A DNA stretch of 63,379 nt, filler included, from Octopus bimaculoides (GCF_001194135.2; 5 parts of 5 records of this genome joined end to end with filler, not necessarily neighbours in it), one strand, 5' to 3'; shown: positions 23,690 to 38,136, counted from the whole stretch's first letter. Translations and numbers: made by a program. Notes: generated by a model from the sequence alone, not told the origin.

Positions 23690-25720
23690 ATAATAATAAC
23701 AAGAATAATATGTAGTTATGTGTATAATTTCCTGGAAATGAATGACAAACTGCCAGTGGAACAGAAGGGATGCAGAAGGAAAATTCAAGGGACAAAAGAC
23801 CAGACAGAATGTTACTGAACGACTGCCATAAAAGACTTACTAATCTGGGCATAGCTATGGCGTGGATAGATTATAAGAAAGCATATGACTTGGTCCCCCA
23901 TTCCTGGATTTTAGAAAGTCTTGAGCTGGTACAGGTGTCTGATAACATATCAAATTTTTTTAGGAGATCAAGGAAAAACTGGAATACAGAGTTAACTTCA
24001 TGTGGAAAATTTTTGGAGATGGCTAACATCAAGAGAGGCATATCTCAAGGAGATAGTCTATTGCCATTGGTGTCTGTAATTTGTATGATACCCCTCACAC
24101 AGATACTACTGAGTGTAATATTGGGATAATTAAATCTTTTATCTATGGATGAATTAAAGGTCTTTGGGAAGACTGAACATGAAATAAATGGCCTAGCTTC
24201 AACAGTGCAGATATTCAACAAGGATATTACAATGGAATTTGGGACAAAAAGTGTGGGATGCCTATAAAACAAAAAACACAAAGTAGTGTCGTCTAATAGT
24301 GTAGAGATACCCAACAGTGAGAAAATCAAGGATTTGAGACTGATGGACATAAATATCTGGGTATTTTGGAATATAACAAAATCAAGGAAAGTGAAATGAA
24401 GGAAAGTTTTAGGTGAGAATAACCCAGAGGAACCAAATTAATTATGAGAATTTGGCTTGATGGAAAAAGCAAGATCAGTGCAATGAACACATGGGCTGTT
24501 TCCTTAATGCAATATGGCACAGGTGTTGTTAGGTGAACAATGAAGGAGCTTGAGGAAATGAACAGGAAAACCAGAAAAGTGATAATAATTAATAAGGAAC
24601 TACGACCAAAAAGCAGTATTGACAGGTTGTATGTGCCTAGGAACACAGGTGGAAGAGGCCACAGAACATACAGGATCTGCACTGTCAACAAGAAGAACAG
24701 TCTGGGATGGTACATCAAACAGCAGAGTGAATCCTTGCCTGTCACTGTTAGAATTAATAATACTACACCTGCTGAAAATGTGATGCAGCCACAAACAATT
24801 AAGAAACAAGATGAAGAATGAATAAACAATTGGAATAAAAAAAAATGAAATCACTGCATGGACAATATCTCAGAAAAATCAAAGGAAAAAATAAGAACAG
24901 TACTGGGAGGTGACCAAGAAAAAGTGACCTGAAAGGATGCACTGAGACAGTGATATACAGTGCCCAAGAACAAGCATGAGAACTAATTACGCAAGTTCAA
25001 AATAGATAAGAGCAGTGAATGACCCCTTTGTAGGATGTGGCAGTAGAAATGAAACAAACTCACATATTGCGAGTGAGTATAACAAGCTGGCCCAAAAACT
25101 CTACAAAAAGAGGTCCAATAATGTGGCTAAATTTGTTCACTGGAGACTATGTGAAAAGTACGGCCTGAACAGAGCACAGAAATGGTATGAACATGAGCCA
25201 GAAGGAATCACCGAGAACAAGGAACATAAGATACTGTGGGATTTAACAATGCAATGTGACTCCCTAATCAATGCTTGGAGACCAGATATTGTTGTGGTAG
25301 ATAAAAGGAAACAGGGAAACAAGATTATAGATATTGCAATACTTGGGGATGCACGCATAAGTAACAAAAAACTAGAAAATATTGAAAATCACAGACTGCT
25401 AAAAGACAAAATTGCAAGAATGTGGACTATGAGGAGAATGTCTGCCAACCCAGTAGTTGTAGGGGCACTCAGAGTGCTAACAAACAAATTCGAGAAATCA
25501 GAACTGACATGAGAGCAGAACAAGTCCCCACTCTGCTGGGGACGGATAGGATTTTGAGATTGATACTCTTGTGTTGAATGTCTTCCATGATAATTAACAA
25601 CCAATTATTATAGATTATAATTCGCAGAAGTGATCTCTGACAACAGACTGCTGTCCGCTCATACAGAATCAACCAGAGCAAACAAGAATTAGAGCTCTGA
25701 GAATTAAAACAATAATAATA
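23690..25720 (+). mobile_element. R4/Dong-like LINE (RT plus CCHC/RLE), decayed
   Basis: MAWIDYKKAYDLVPHSWI, RGISQGDSL, LSMDELKVF, MNRKTRKV, HWRLCEKYGL...WRPDIVVVDK...IIDIAI. Ends in a short (AAT) run. Confidence 0.88.
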
Positions 25721-25829
25721 ATTACTCTTAGTAAAGACATGGGTGATCTCTCTAATAAAATATTCTGCTGCCTTCCTGAGCTTTGAAACATAAATTATAA
25801 GACCAAAAAGATAATGATGGGTGAGAAAT

Positions 25830-26530
25830 TTGTCACCATTTTTGTTAGTGTATGTGAGGGCTTATCTTGCCAACATTGCTTTGCTTATTTCAATCCCTTC
25901 TCTTTTGATTTTGTTTTGATTATTTTTGTAGGTCAGTTTGGTGAAATTTCTTTGGCCTTAATGTCCTTATTTCCTAAATTGAAGTCATTTAAAACTTTTT
26001 TAGTCTATTTTATGACAAAGTACTTAGACTCTTTTTCATGGTTTTTAACCAAGATCATCATCCAGTTAATTGTAAAATCATTCCAAGAGAAGCATAGACA
26101 TCCAGTGTCACCTTTAAGATGGTACATATTGTATCATGTGAGGAGTTTTCTGGTTTTCATATCCACCTTTTTGATGTCTTGCAGTGTGCAATTAATTATG
26201 TTGAAGCTGGTGCTACTGGACTATTTATTACCATAAATCCGTTTTATGAATTAAGATAACTTCTAAGGATAATTCTTATTCTTTTGTGATATCTATTTTT
26301 AATCTTTTCTTTCAATTAAGACTGTAGTATTCTCCTACCTTCATTGACAACAAGGCACTTAATAGGTTTTCTCTTGTTCAAGTTTCTTAGTTGTAGTTGA
26401 TATGACAAGATCAATGAAAGACGTGAGGGTAACTCTACCATTCTCAAGTGTTATCTTTACCCAATTTTCTATGACAAAGTCCACTAAAGTTGTTTACTGT
26501 TTTGAGAAGCCTTACTAGCTCGCTATCATT
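25830..26530 (-). mobile_element. Highly decayed R4-like LINE fragment
   Basis: Minus translation SFNIINCTLQDIKKVDMKTRKLLT*YNMYHLKGD and KQCWQDKP parallels the post-RT region of the 23690-25720 element. Confidence 0.55.
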
Positions 26531-26700
26531 TTTAGCATATAGAAAAGGTGACTTACCGTCTTGCATCCTAGTTTGGCATAATTGAACTCAATATATAAAG
26601 GGTTGAAGTAGAAATGGAAAGAGGGGAGAGAGAAAATGCTCATGAAACATACCATTTTATGCCTTTTGATTTGCTTATCCACTCACTGTGATTGAGTAGA

Positions 26701-26722
26701 AACAACAACAACAACAACAACA

Positions 26723-26808
<86 letters not shown>

Positions 26809-26810
26809 CA
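26701..26810. repeat. (CAA)(CTA)(CCA) compound microsatellite
   Basis: Direct inspection. Confidence 0.95.
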
Positions 26811-27889
26811 TAGCAGAGGGGTGAAATCAGTTCAGCCACCTCTGAGCACCACTTTGTTGTATCACTTAGATGATACATACCGAAAAGTAAATGGGTAAAT
26901 GTGTGTGCATGTAACAGTAAAAATAATAACATTGTGGGGTTTGGTGAAGAACCAAATAAATACTCAGAGTGTACATCTGTTTCTTTGTGAAATAAGGGTG
27001 ACTGGACTGAAGAACATGGAAATACTCATATTAGTAGAAAGTTATGCATGGGTGCATAACCAGTGAGCTGGAAAATGTCAACAGCATTGACAGAAACAGC
27101 TGTCTCTCCTTGGCTTGTGATAGTTATAGAACAACTCACCTAGAAAGCTACATCTTTGCTATCTATGAACTAGAGATAGCAACTAAATATTTGATCAACA
27201 AGAGAGAAAAAGATGTCTTTAAACGTCCATGTTGGGTTAGAGAATATGATGACTGTGGTATACTAGTGTTGAAGATATCACCTGTATCATCATCAGATAT
27301 CATCAGTTATCAACAGCTATCCATAAATGTCCACAATATACTATTAGTGTAAGAGCAACAACACTGCATTTAAAACCGTCTGCAATGCTATGTGCAGGAA
27401 AGATTGTTCTGATGGCCATTTTTAACTGCACATATGAATCAGAATGTATCTTCACTTTTAAGAATAAAAAATATTGGTGGAACATTCCATTAAAAACACA
27501 AATGTAATCCCTATGTCAATGCTGCAGACCAGATTTAGTTTGTGGAAAAGGGAGCCAAATTAATGCCCTGAAAGAGAGATCAGTAGCCCAGCAGATGTGA
27601 TTACTGTTTTGTCATTAACTGAGGTATTGTGAATATTTACAGGGAAGGGGAAAAGCTACAGTTTTAATGTTCAGGATCTAGCTTTTTGCCTTACTTATTA
27701 TCATATGTGTCTAACAACAGATCTGCACAAAAACCTAGAAATTCCAAAGTTCTCCAAGAAAGAACAAAGTAAACCAATCTGCTTTCTTCAATTACAATCA
27801 GTTACAAGGAAAATTCATAAAAGACTCTACGGATTCTCCATTTGAGAATCCTGTGCTGGAAACATGCAGAAAATCACAAGTACGTATGG

Positions 27890-27891
<2 letters not shown>

Positions 27892-27971
<80 letters not shown>

Positions 27972-27997
27972 CATGCATGCACGCATGCACACACACA
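27892..27997. repeat. (CA)n microsatellite
   Basis: Direct inspection. Confidence 0.95.
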
Positions 27998-28265
27998 CTT
28001 TTCTGTTATTGGTTGCATAGTCATTTACTATGGCCATGATGTAGCACCACCATCTGAGGCTTCTCTTTAGTTGATCACTTCTAGTACTTAGCTCTTAAAC
28101 ATATTGGTCAAGTTATCTTTTGAATGTGAAAGTATCAACTTAATACTTTGTATAACACCGGACACCAGTATACATGGACACACATACACACACACACACA
28201 CACATGTACACATAACTGTGTGTGTATATGCTCATGTACAATAAAAGCTGAATTTACCTTTTAAA

Positions 28266-29885
28266 TCATCATCATCATCATCATTGTTTAACATACTCTT
28301 TCCATGCTAGCATGGGTTGGACGATTTGACTGGGGACTGGTGAACAGGTGGCTACACCAGGCTCTAATCTGATCTGGCAGAGTTTCTACAGCTGGATGCC
28401 CTTCCTAATGCCAACCACTCCGAGAGTGAAGTGGGTGCTTTTTACATGCCACCAGCACAAGGGTCAGTCAGGCGATGCTGGCAACGGCCACGCTCAAATG
28501 GTGTTTTTTACATGCCACCTGCACAGGTGTCAGTCCAATGTTTTGTTCACATGCCACTGGCACAGGTGCCAGTAAGGCAAAGCTGGAAATGATCATGCTC
28601 AAATGGTGCTTTTCTTGTGCCACCAGCATGAGAGCAAGACCGCTGCTCTGGCAGTGATCCTGCTCGGATGGTGCTGTTATTGCTTCACTGGCACGAGTGC
28701 CAGTCATCAAATTTAGTTCAGTTTCGATCTGACTTGCAGCAACAGGTCTTCGCAAGCAGAGTTTAGTGTCCAATGAAGGAAGGTTGACATGGGTGCCAGT
28801 GATCGAATTTGGTTCAATTTTGATTTCGATTTCACTTGCTTCAACAGGTCTTTGCAAGCAGGGTTTTGTGTCCAAAGAAGGAATGGTACGCATAAGTGGG
28901 CTGGCTACACCCCTGTAGTTATGGTCTCACTTGTCTTGCTGGGTCTTCTCATGCACAGCAGATTTCCAAAGGTCTCGGTCACTAGTCATTGCCTCGGTGA
29001 GGCCTAATGTTTGGAGGTCGTGCTTCACCACCTCATCCCAGGTCTTCCTGGGCCTGCCTCTTCCATGGGTTCCCTCAACCGCTAGGCTGTGGCACTTTTT
29101 CACATAGCTATCCTCATCCATTCTCACCACATGAACACACCAGTGCAATCGTCTCTTGCACACCACAACTGATGCTTCTTAGGTCCAACTTTTCTCTCAA
29201 GGTACTTACACTCTCTCAAGTATGCACACTGACATTACACATCCATCGGAGCATACTGGCTTCATTCCTTTCAAGCTTATGCATGTCCTCAGCAGTCACG
29301 GCCCATGTTTCACTGCCATGTAGCATGGCTGTTCGTACACATGCATCATACAGTCTGCCTTTTACTCTGAGTGAGAGGCCCTTTGTCACCAGCAGAGGTA
29401 AGAGCTCTCTGAACTTTGCCCAGGCTATTCTTATTCTAGCAGCTACACTTTCAGTACACCCTTCCCCGCTACTGACTTGGTCACCTAGGTAACGGAAGCT
29501 ATCAACTACTTCTAGTTTTTCTCCCTGGAATGAGACAGAAGTTGTTTTCTGCACATTTTCAGTGTTTATTGCTCCTGAGCATCTGCCACATACAAAAACT
29601 AACTTCCTAGTTAGCCTCCCTTTGATATTACTGCACCTCTTATGGGTCCATAGCTTACACCGGGTACATCTTATGGAGTTTCTACCTACGCCTTTTCGAT
29701 AGATTGAGCAGGGCCATCTAACTGAAGGGGTTTGTGGTTTGTCTACCTTTCTACTTATTAGGACGTTGGTTTTAGCTAGGTTGATTCTAAGGCCCTTCGA
29801 TTCTAATCCTTGCTTCCACACCTGAAACTTCTGCTCTAGTTCTGATAGTGACCTAGTATGGAGCAGCTCCCAGAGGCAACCTGTC
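28266..29885 (-). mobile_element. Best-preserved RTE-clade LINE copy (5'-truncated within RT), full 3' UTR and (ATG)n tail
   Basis: 201-aa ORF at 29216-29821 (GLRINLAKT...FRYLGD...LHGSETW), RGRPRKTWDEVVKHDL, and (CAT)n at 28266-28284. Confidence 0.92.
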
Positions 29886-31004
29886 TTGAAATCCTGTGTT
29901 ATATATTAAAATCCCGATTGTGTTCTGGTTTCATTATTATAATTATTTTGCATGAATTTTTAAAATTTTACTATTGAATCAATTATTTTAACTTCATATG
30001 AAGTCTCATTACCTCAGTTTAACATGGGGGGGGGGNNNNNNNNNNNNNNNNNNNNNNNNNNNNNNNNNNNNNNNNNNNNNNNNNNNNNNNNNNNNNNNNN
30101 NNNNNNNNNNNNNNNNNNNNNNNNNNNNNNNNNNNNNNNNNNNNNNNNNNNNNNNNNNNNNNNNNNNNNNNNNNNNNNNNNNNTGTGTGTGTGTGCGTGT
30201 GCACCTTTGTGTGTGTGTGTGTGTGCGTGTGCACCTTTGTGTGTGTGTGTCTGTGTGTGTGCGTGTGCATTCTCTTATTCTTTTATCCATCAACGAGCTT
30301 CAGCCATGGGACAGTGGTCAGGCTGGAGCACATGACTGATGTATTTATAAAAGACAGAAACATCACAAAAGAAATCCTTTCCTCTTTCTAAGTCCCTATA
30401 AATACTCTGTTAACCTTCTGAAACATCATATTTTGCTTTTCTGAGAGTTAACAAAAACATTATTCAAAAAGAAATCTATTTAATGATAAAAAAAACATTA
30501 ATTCCTAATAAAAATATAAATCTTAGTAAATTTACAATATCTTTTTTTAAGTTAAATAAATATATAGAGAGATGGAGAGATAGATAAAATAAGAAACTTT
30601 AAATCTAGATAAAACTAAAAGAAAGAAATTAATTGCATGAAAAAATTCCAACATGAAAAAAAAAAAAAAAATCAGAATGTAAGGGAGACAAATACAGAAA
30701 AAGTTACTTCCCTTGATAACATTTTTTTTTTCCTGTACTCGCTTGATTATGTTTTTTTAATGAACTGCAAAGAATATTTAACACAATTATTTCTTATTCT
30801 AAATTTGATTGAACATTAAGGAAATTACAGGAGATATACAATTCGTTAAATCTATTATATAAAACGCGAGAAATAAATAGTGCAAACGTGAAAGAAGAGT
30901 CTCAAAGGAAGAATAAACAAAAAGAAGATGGAAAAAGTAATAACACAAAAAGGAGGAAAAGAACCTAAAACAAATGTTACCTCATGTTAATATTTTCTGA
31001 TATG

Positions 31005-31175
31005 TAGAATTATTAGCACACCAGATGAAATGCTTAGCAGTATTTCATCCATCTCCATGTTCTGATTTCAAATTCTGCCAAGGTCGACTTTTCCTTTCAT
31101 TTTCCCAGGGTCAATAAAAGAAGTGTCAGTTGAGCAGTGTGGTCAATGTAATCGACTTAACCTGAAATTGCAGGT
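31005..31175 (+). mobile_element. Diverged SINE family A fragment
   Basis: gaaatgcttagcagtatttc...ttcaaattctgccaaggtcgac. Confidence 0.65.
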
Positions 31176-32789
31176 TTTTTAGTTCCCTGTAAATATTCAC
31201 TTTTTCCTCAGTTATTGACAAGATAATCACATCTGCTGGACTACTGATCTCTCTTTTGGGATATTAATTTGGTTCCCTTTTCCACAATATTTTCTGACAT
31301 GATCCCTTCTGATTCTGCTAATGTGCAAGACTTTAAAATCTGTGAGTTGCATTTTGGCAATTAATTTAGCTCTGACTATATTTTATCTGCTGCAGACAGG
31401 TGTTTATTAAAGTTGACATGAGTATGATGTGAACTGAGATCATAACTAAATATCGTTGACTTGTTCTGTACCAATTCTGCAATTCTGCTTATCAGCCTAT
31501 GATATTAAAGACAACATCAATGCAGTAGTCACTATATCTGTGAGAGATAGCTATCAATTCTTCTTCATATCATACACCTCATTCATCCAACCATTTAAGA
31601 AAAACAAAAAAAAAAAGAAAGAAGAAGCATGAGTTTGCATAAAAACTGACGGAAAAATTTAAAATAAAAGGCAGAATTCTCAGAACTGGAAGGTTATGAA
31701 CTTAAGGCTCTTCAGTCATAGCTAACCTCAAGTATGCAACAGCAAAAATCCAAAAGTCAACGAGGTGGCCCTTATGTTGCTATATAATATGCATGACAAT
31801 ACAGCTAAATATTCCTCAGATCATACCTTGGCGATTTGAAATAAATAAATAAAAACAAAACATAAAGAAAAAGAAGGAAAAACAGGTGAGTGATAAATTG
31901 AGGTAGGACAGTCATAAGGGTAAAAGGTGTTGGATCAATGTTGACCGATTCAATCATTTGATCAATGTTATTCCGAAGAAAAATAATTTGTAATATAGGA
32001 TAGCGAAATTAAATTAGACAAAGCCTGTAGTTATACTAAGCGAAAAACTATCTAATTGTATGCACGCTTGTGTGTGTGTGTGTGTGTGTGTGTACGTGTG
32101 TGTGTGTATGTGTGTGTGTGCATGTGTGTGTGTGTGTGTGTGTGTGTGACTACTACACACATACATATGCACACATGAATACATATATATGAGTGCAGAA
32201 TAAAACAGAAGAAATGGTTCAACTTAGATTATGTGGTCTTTACACATGTTTTACTAGTGTGTACTAGTATGTTGTGCTATAATTATTACGTGCTCAATTG
32301 CATAAATCATATTTAAACACCAAATCTTCAGAAGAAAATATTAATTTAATCTGTTAGTTTTTACCAACATTAGCAGGTTGACAATTCTGAGAAGTGGTTT
32401 TTTTTATTAAGAGAAAGAAGGCTACTGTATTTTATTAGTAAAATAAGGGTAGGGAGAAAGATGGAAGAGGAATAACTGTAGTCTGGCAGTCTCAAAAAAA
32501 AAAAAAGAAAGAAAAAATTATCTCAGCTGCAAAAGATAAAAAAAATAATTTAATAATGGTAAATTGCTTAAAAGACTGCAAAGGTGGCAGCAGACTAGAA
32601 TTTGATTTACAAGAAATGGCCATATGTACTGACTCACTCATACACACAGACCTACACGCATACACATACAGGCAGTTTATATTTATCTTTCCTTTACTAG
32701 ACAATCATACACACACATACCCATTCAAAAGAAAAAGAAAGCCTGCAAATTCTGAAATTCTGAAAAGTTTTAAATAAAATCATTAACTT

Positions 32790-34075
32790 TTGTCTTTAGA
32801 ATTGGTGTTTATTCTTGATCATGTTCTGGTTTTTAGGATAAGTATTTATATTCATCATCTAATGAAGCGCTTGAATTGGTTTTACTTCATTAATATGAGA
32901 AGAACCTTGCATACTTTAGAGGCTTGTTGTCTACAAGAATTTGATGCGATAGTGCACGGTATTAGGGCTTAGGTAGTGTTATGTCTTTTGTTTGGATAGG
33001 CATTGATTTTGGTGGTTAGGGTTGGTACATGACTTGTGTCTTTTTTCCACTTATGGGCCAAACGCAGAGGAAAACCAGCTTTCAACTTCTTGTACTTCCT
33101 CGAAAGAATTAACTACCAAGGCCACATCTACAAGCAAGAAATCTAAAAACAATTCCGTTCTTCTAAAGGTTTTTGCCTAAAATTTTTGGTGATTGAAGAG
33201 CCTGTATCAAGTCAGGAAACCCTAGTTTGTTGTCGTGTATTAGCACAGTTGTGCTATGGCAACTTCAGCAAACCAGAGCTTGCCTTGTATTAATACAAAC
33301 TGCAGGCATCCAGCGCTAATTGCATCTTTGGTTAGTTAGTGGTCAGTCAGCAGAAGGACACAAGATGATTAACATCATTTCTTCATTATGAACAGATCCT
33401 CGTTTCTTATACCAACTTAGCGCTGCAAGCACATTTACCGTCTGTCCATTTCAACATAATGCTATCTATATCATGGGGAGTTCATTCTCATCCCAGCTTG
33501 CTCATACCAACTTCCCACTGCTAGCTTGTCATACAACCATCTGTTAAATCAGATGGCATTTCATCAGATCCTTTTCTAATAAGCTTTTTAATAAACCATT
33601 TTTAAAAATCTAAGTTTATTCGGCTTCCTAGACTCACATACATCATACACCTACAGGTCTCATATCTTGCTACTTCTCAGCACTTGTTCTACTACTAAAT
33701 AAATCACAATTTCCTTCTGAATTTATTTCTCCTGTTTCACAAAAGCACATGTATTGGACCTTCTACATCGACCACCCACATTGCTTACCTATTGCTTTAG
33801 TAACATGCTAAAAGCCCACTTGGTGTTCTAAATTCAAACAAAACGCCATTATTACAGTCTTTGAAGGCATACTTTAACATCAGTGAAAAGTAAATAGAAA
33901 AACAAAGCAAAAAACAAAACAAAAAAAAACACAGGGGCAATTATGTATCTCTGCAATGTCCCATCTTTTTTTACATGAAAAGGATCTGATGAAACGCCAT
34001 CTGATTTAACGGATGGTTGTATGTTTTTGTTTGATTTGGGCATCTTATTTGAAATCTCAGTCTTCTTCAACACTG
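32790..34075 (-). mobile_element. Very old RTE/BovB-like RT remnant with an internal inverted piece
   Basis: VKSDGVSSDPFHVKK...IIAPVFF, DFLLVDVALVVNSFEE (similar to LFADD.AL), KKTQVMYQP, ASLDDE. Confidence 0.55.
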
Positions 34076-35230
34076 ACTACACTGAACATCATGATCGACA
34101 GAATCAAAAGCCTTTATTAAAGTCAACAAAGACAGCATAATTTCTTTATCACATCATATATAGATATATATTGTAGAGATATGTTGTTACACCTCACTCA
34201 ATGCTCTTTCAAAGAAAGATACAGTCTTCTTTTTCTTGCTCTCCTCTCAACTGGCTTTTCTGTTTATAAATTTACTTTACTATCATTATTGAAGCTGTTA
34301 CTATTGTTGTTGGTGTTGATGCAAATAACTTTATAGTGTTATTGATGTTGTTGTTGTTCTCATTGCTGTTTCTTAATGCTCATGATGCTGATGTATCTTC
34401 CTGAATTGTTATACATGTTGTCAATAATTCTATGCATGTTTTTGTCATTGTTGATGGCGTTGTTTTGCTCCAGATAAATATTCATAGAACACACTTATGA
34501 TCTATGCTATTCCAGCCTCTTGTTATTCCAGTTTTGTAGGGTTGTCTAGTCATTATTTAATCTCTTTGTTACCAAATTCCTGTTAAAATATACCGCCTTT
34601 GTTTTAATTAATTTTGGTAATAATGAATAACGATTATTAAGATGGAGTTTGGAACAAATTTTTATGCAATTTTTTGATCTAGTTCACTTTAAAATAGGAA
34701 ATTTGTGTCAAAGATCCATAGGTGGTCTTGGACAGTTTGGTATCAAAAGATGCCACTTAGATGTAATTTTGCTGCAATTTCTGTCAGAGGCAGTGACCAC
34801 ATAAAGGCTCATATTGTTGTTATTCATGGTTCTGATGTGGAAATGCTGATCATTGTCGTTGTAGTAGTAGTAATAGTAGTAGTAGTAGTAGTAGTTGTTG
34901 TCATTGTTGTGGCCGTCGCAGTTGTCACTATTGTAGCAGTTTTTTTTTTTGTTTTTTAAATATTTTCTTTTAGTTGGACAGCTTTCTCGTACAGTTGTAG
35001 AAACTGTCTGTTTATGATATAGATGTAAGCTTGATGTGAAAATACTAAAGGGCATAAAATTCTGGAAACAACATGAAATGAAATACATCTAAAAGCAGAA
35101 AATATATTAATAAAATAATTGTAAAGTGCTATACAAAATACATCAAAATACAAACAAACATGACAGCTATACAAATATGCATCCAGTAAACCAATATTTA
35201 TATATGTTTACGCAGACACACAAACATTGA

Positions 35231-35911
35231 TGCACATATGCACACACATGCAGAATATACTTTTGTATGTGCATATATGTATGCATGTATGTGCGTATAT
35301 GTTTGTACAAATGTATGTGTGTATGTATGTATGTTTGTATGTATGTATATGTTTGTACATATGTATGCATGTATGTATGTGTGCATGCATGTGTATGTGT
35401 GTATATGTATTTTGTATGTGTGTATGATTGTATATATGTATGCATGTATGTATGTGTATATGCATGCATGTGTATGTGTATGTATGTGTGTATGTATGCA
35501 TGTACATATATGTTTGTACATATATATGACTGTGTATGCATATGTATGTGTTTGTATATATGTATGCATGTGTGTGTATGTATGTTTGTATGTGTGTGTA
35601 TGATTGTATATATGTATGTATATATGTATGTATGCAAGTGTTATGTATGTGTGTATGTATCTGTTACATATGTGTGCATTTATTATATATGTGTGTATAT
35701 GCATGCATATGTATATCTATGTATGTGTGTATGTAAGTATGCATGCTTGTATGTATGGATGGGTGGATGTGTGTATATGTATGTATTATGCATGTATGTG
35801 TGTGCATATTACGTATGTGTATATATGTATGCATGCATATGTATGTGTGTATGTGTAAGTATGCATGCATTTATGTATGTGCATGTGTATATATGCATGC
35901 ACACACATATA
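35231..35911. repeat. Long degenerate (TA/TG/TATG) microsatellite field
   Basis: Direct inspection. It is the source of many spurious ORFs. Confidence 0.95.
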
Positions 35912-37945
35912 TTATAGATTTACGATATGGAATTCAAATTTTGCATAGTTTCTTTTGTTTTTTCCATTAATTTTTGTAAATATTTTTCTTTGTGTTACAG
36001 TTGCAGTTAATATTGTTGTTAATATTGTTGTTAATATTGTCTTTCCCAGATTCCTCTCTGAATCTTTCTTAACATTAAGATTTTCTCAAACGTGTTATTC
36101 TTATCGCCTCCATAATACAAGACAGATACCATTACATTAGTTCTTGCTTTCATCAATCAGGTTTCTGAGACACTCTTCTATTTTATATACATACACTTAT
36201 GTGCACATACACATACACATGCAAATGTATATTATATATATGTGTGTGTGTGTGTATGTGTATGTATAGAATGGGCAAGAGCTAAATAAACTCAGTATAA
36301 ATAACACAGATTAGTACTTAAGTGAAAGTGAACTTAAATTCCAGCTTCCATAACCTGGGTTAGGCCCATAGCATCAAAAATGGCTGTAAAAATCGAGGTG
36401 TTATGGAGGTAGTGATAAAATTAGGTTTGACATGTATTTGCATGGACCACAAAATGCATTATTATTAAACATAGAAAGAATATATATGGATAACATGATG
36501 TAATGTCTTATCTCAACAGTTTCAAGAGACCAAACTCATGTGATAACCATATTCGTAAGTGATATGTGCATGATGCCATAAGGATGTGACCAGTGACAAG
36601 TCTGGATGAAATTGTTATAAATATAAAGGTTTAAAGAGAAGAGAGAGGAAGAGGGCTGGAGGAAGCAGACAGGAATAATGAGAGAGAGAGAGAAGAGTAG
36701 TTAAGAAGACAGGATGAAGAATGGCCAGAAAAAGACCAGATATAAAGACAATTAGATAATTAACTGGCCAAAGGAAATTGTAGTCAGTTCACCTGGAGCA
36801 GGGTCAAAGTAGTTGAGCTCTGACAATAAAATGGTCAAAAATTTCAGAGGTAATAGAGATTAAGTAAAAAGGAAAGGGAGTTAAAGTAGGTGGAGAGAAA
36901 ATAACTTGACATAATGGAACAAAGGTGCAATACAATTTGTATTTGTAAAAGAATATTACATCAGAGAATCAAATGAGTTAAAAGGTTTCATTTTGGCAGA
37001 GTACTGTGAGCAATTCCTGACAACATTTTACAAATTTGAAGATTAGCATTGCATGGGACTCCACCACAAGCTATAGGTCAGGATAAGGTATGTATAAAGT
37101 ATACCCTGGGACTTCAGGTGGTGTATGTAGGTGGCTAGGGAAAGAGAAGGAGCTCAGATAAGTCAAATAGCATCACTTGAAGTCGATTGTACCCCATATG
37201 TAAACCCTAACATGGTAAGAATATGGAGTTGTAACCAAACATTTATATACCACTTAATGGACAGAATTAGGAGACTTGACAATCACAGGTTTTCTGATTG
37301 CAAGTGGGATTGTGCTCTGTCAGTGCAATCATTTATCCCTGGGATGGGAATAGAAGTGGGAACATCTCTATTATGGAGTTAGGAGGCCTTTTGCTTACCA
37401 GGGAGAAGAAAGTTGAGCCTATGATTATAGCCAATAGGTGGACCTAATCAATAACCATTGTCTTGGGTAGTATTTATTCCAAACTGAGGCTTTTGAGGCT
37501 AGGAAGATGATATGAAATCAGTATTATAATCCTTAACCTTAGAGGTATTGCTTGATAATGTAGAAATAGTAGTATGAGAGTTATGGGAGAGATGTGTCAT
37601 ATTCACTAATTACATGGGCATTAGTGTTATCCTTGCTGCTACTAAAGTTACCAAGAATTTTCCACAGTTACAGTGTTACTATCAATTTGGTTGATTTGGA
37701 GGCCAGACAGGTGGTTCACTTGACCTGTAGTTAGGTATAGATTTAATTGAAAGAGAAAATGAATTGTGAACCAGATCACCCATTTTCTACCCCTAGGGCC
37801 TTGTCCGTGGTATTGAGCTAGTTAGCCTGGGGTGGTTGGAGTTTATTCTGCCTAAGAGCCAGCCAGGTTAGTCCCAGTATTAGTCACAGGTAAAACTTGT
37901 TGGAGCCTGCTAATGGAGAAAAAGGTAAGAGTAATAAGGGTAATA

Positions 37946-38098
37946 CAGTTTTATATTTAAGAGATGAGGAATTATGTACATTATTTACATTAGTTTCATT
38001 ATTTATATTTGATGGATATTTGTCCTCAGGCATATGGCGTAGTGGTTAAGAGCACAGGCTACAAGCCCCAAGATTCCAAGTTCAATTCCAGGCAGTGA

Positions 38099-38136
<38 letters not shown>

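Noticed and set aside
26530-26600. Minus-strand GTAAGT donor as a possible MOXD1-like exon
   Set aside because: The upstream frames show no DOMON/monooxygenase similarity, and the site borders an R4 remnant.
35167-35970. Many long ORFs rich in HT/VC/YI dipeptides (also at 18060-18520, 27800-28070, 50400-50950 and 53389-54430)
   Set aside because: Translations of microsatellites and N runs.
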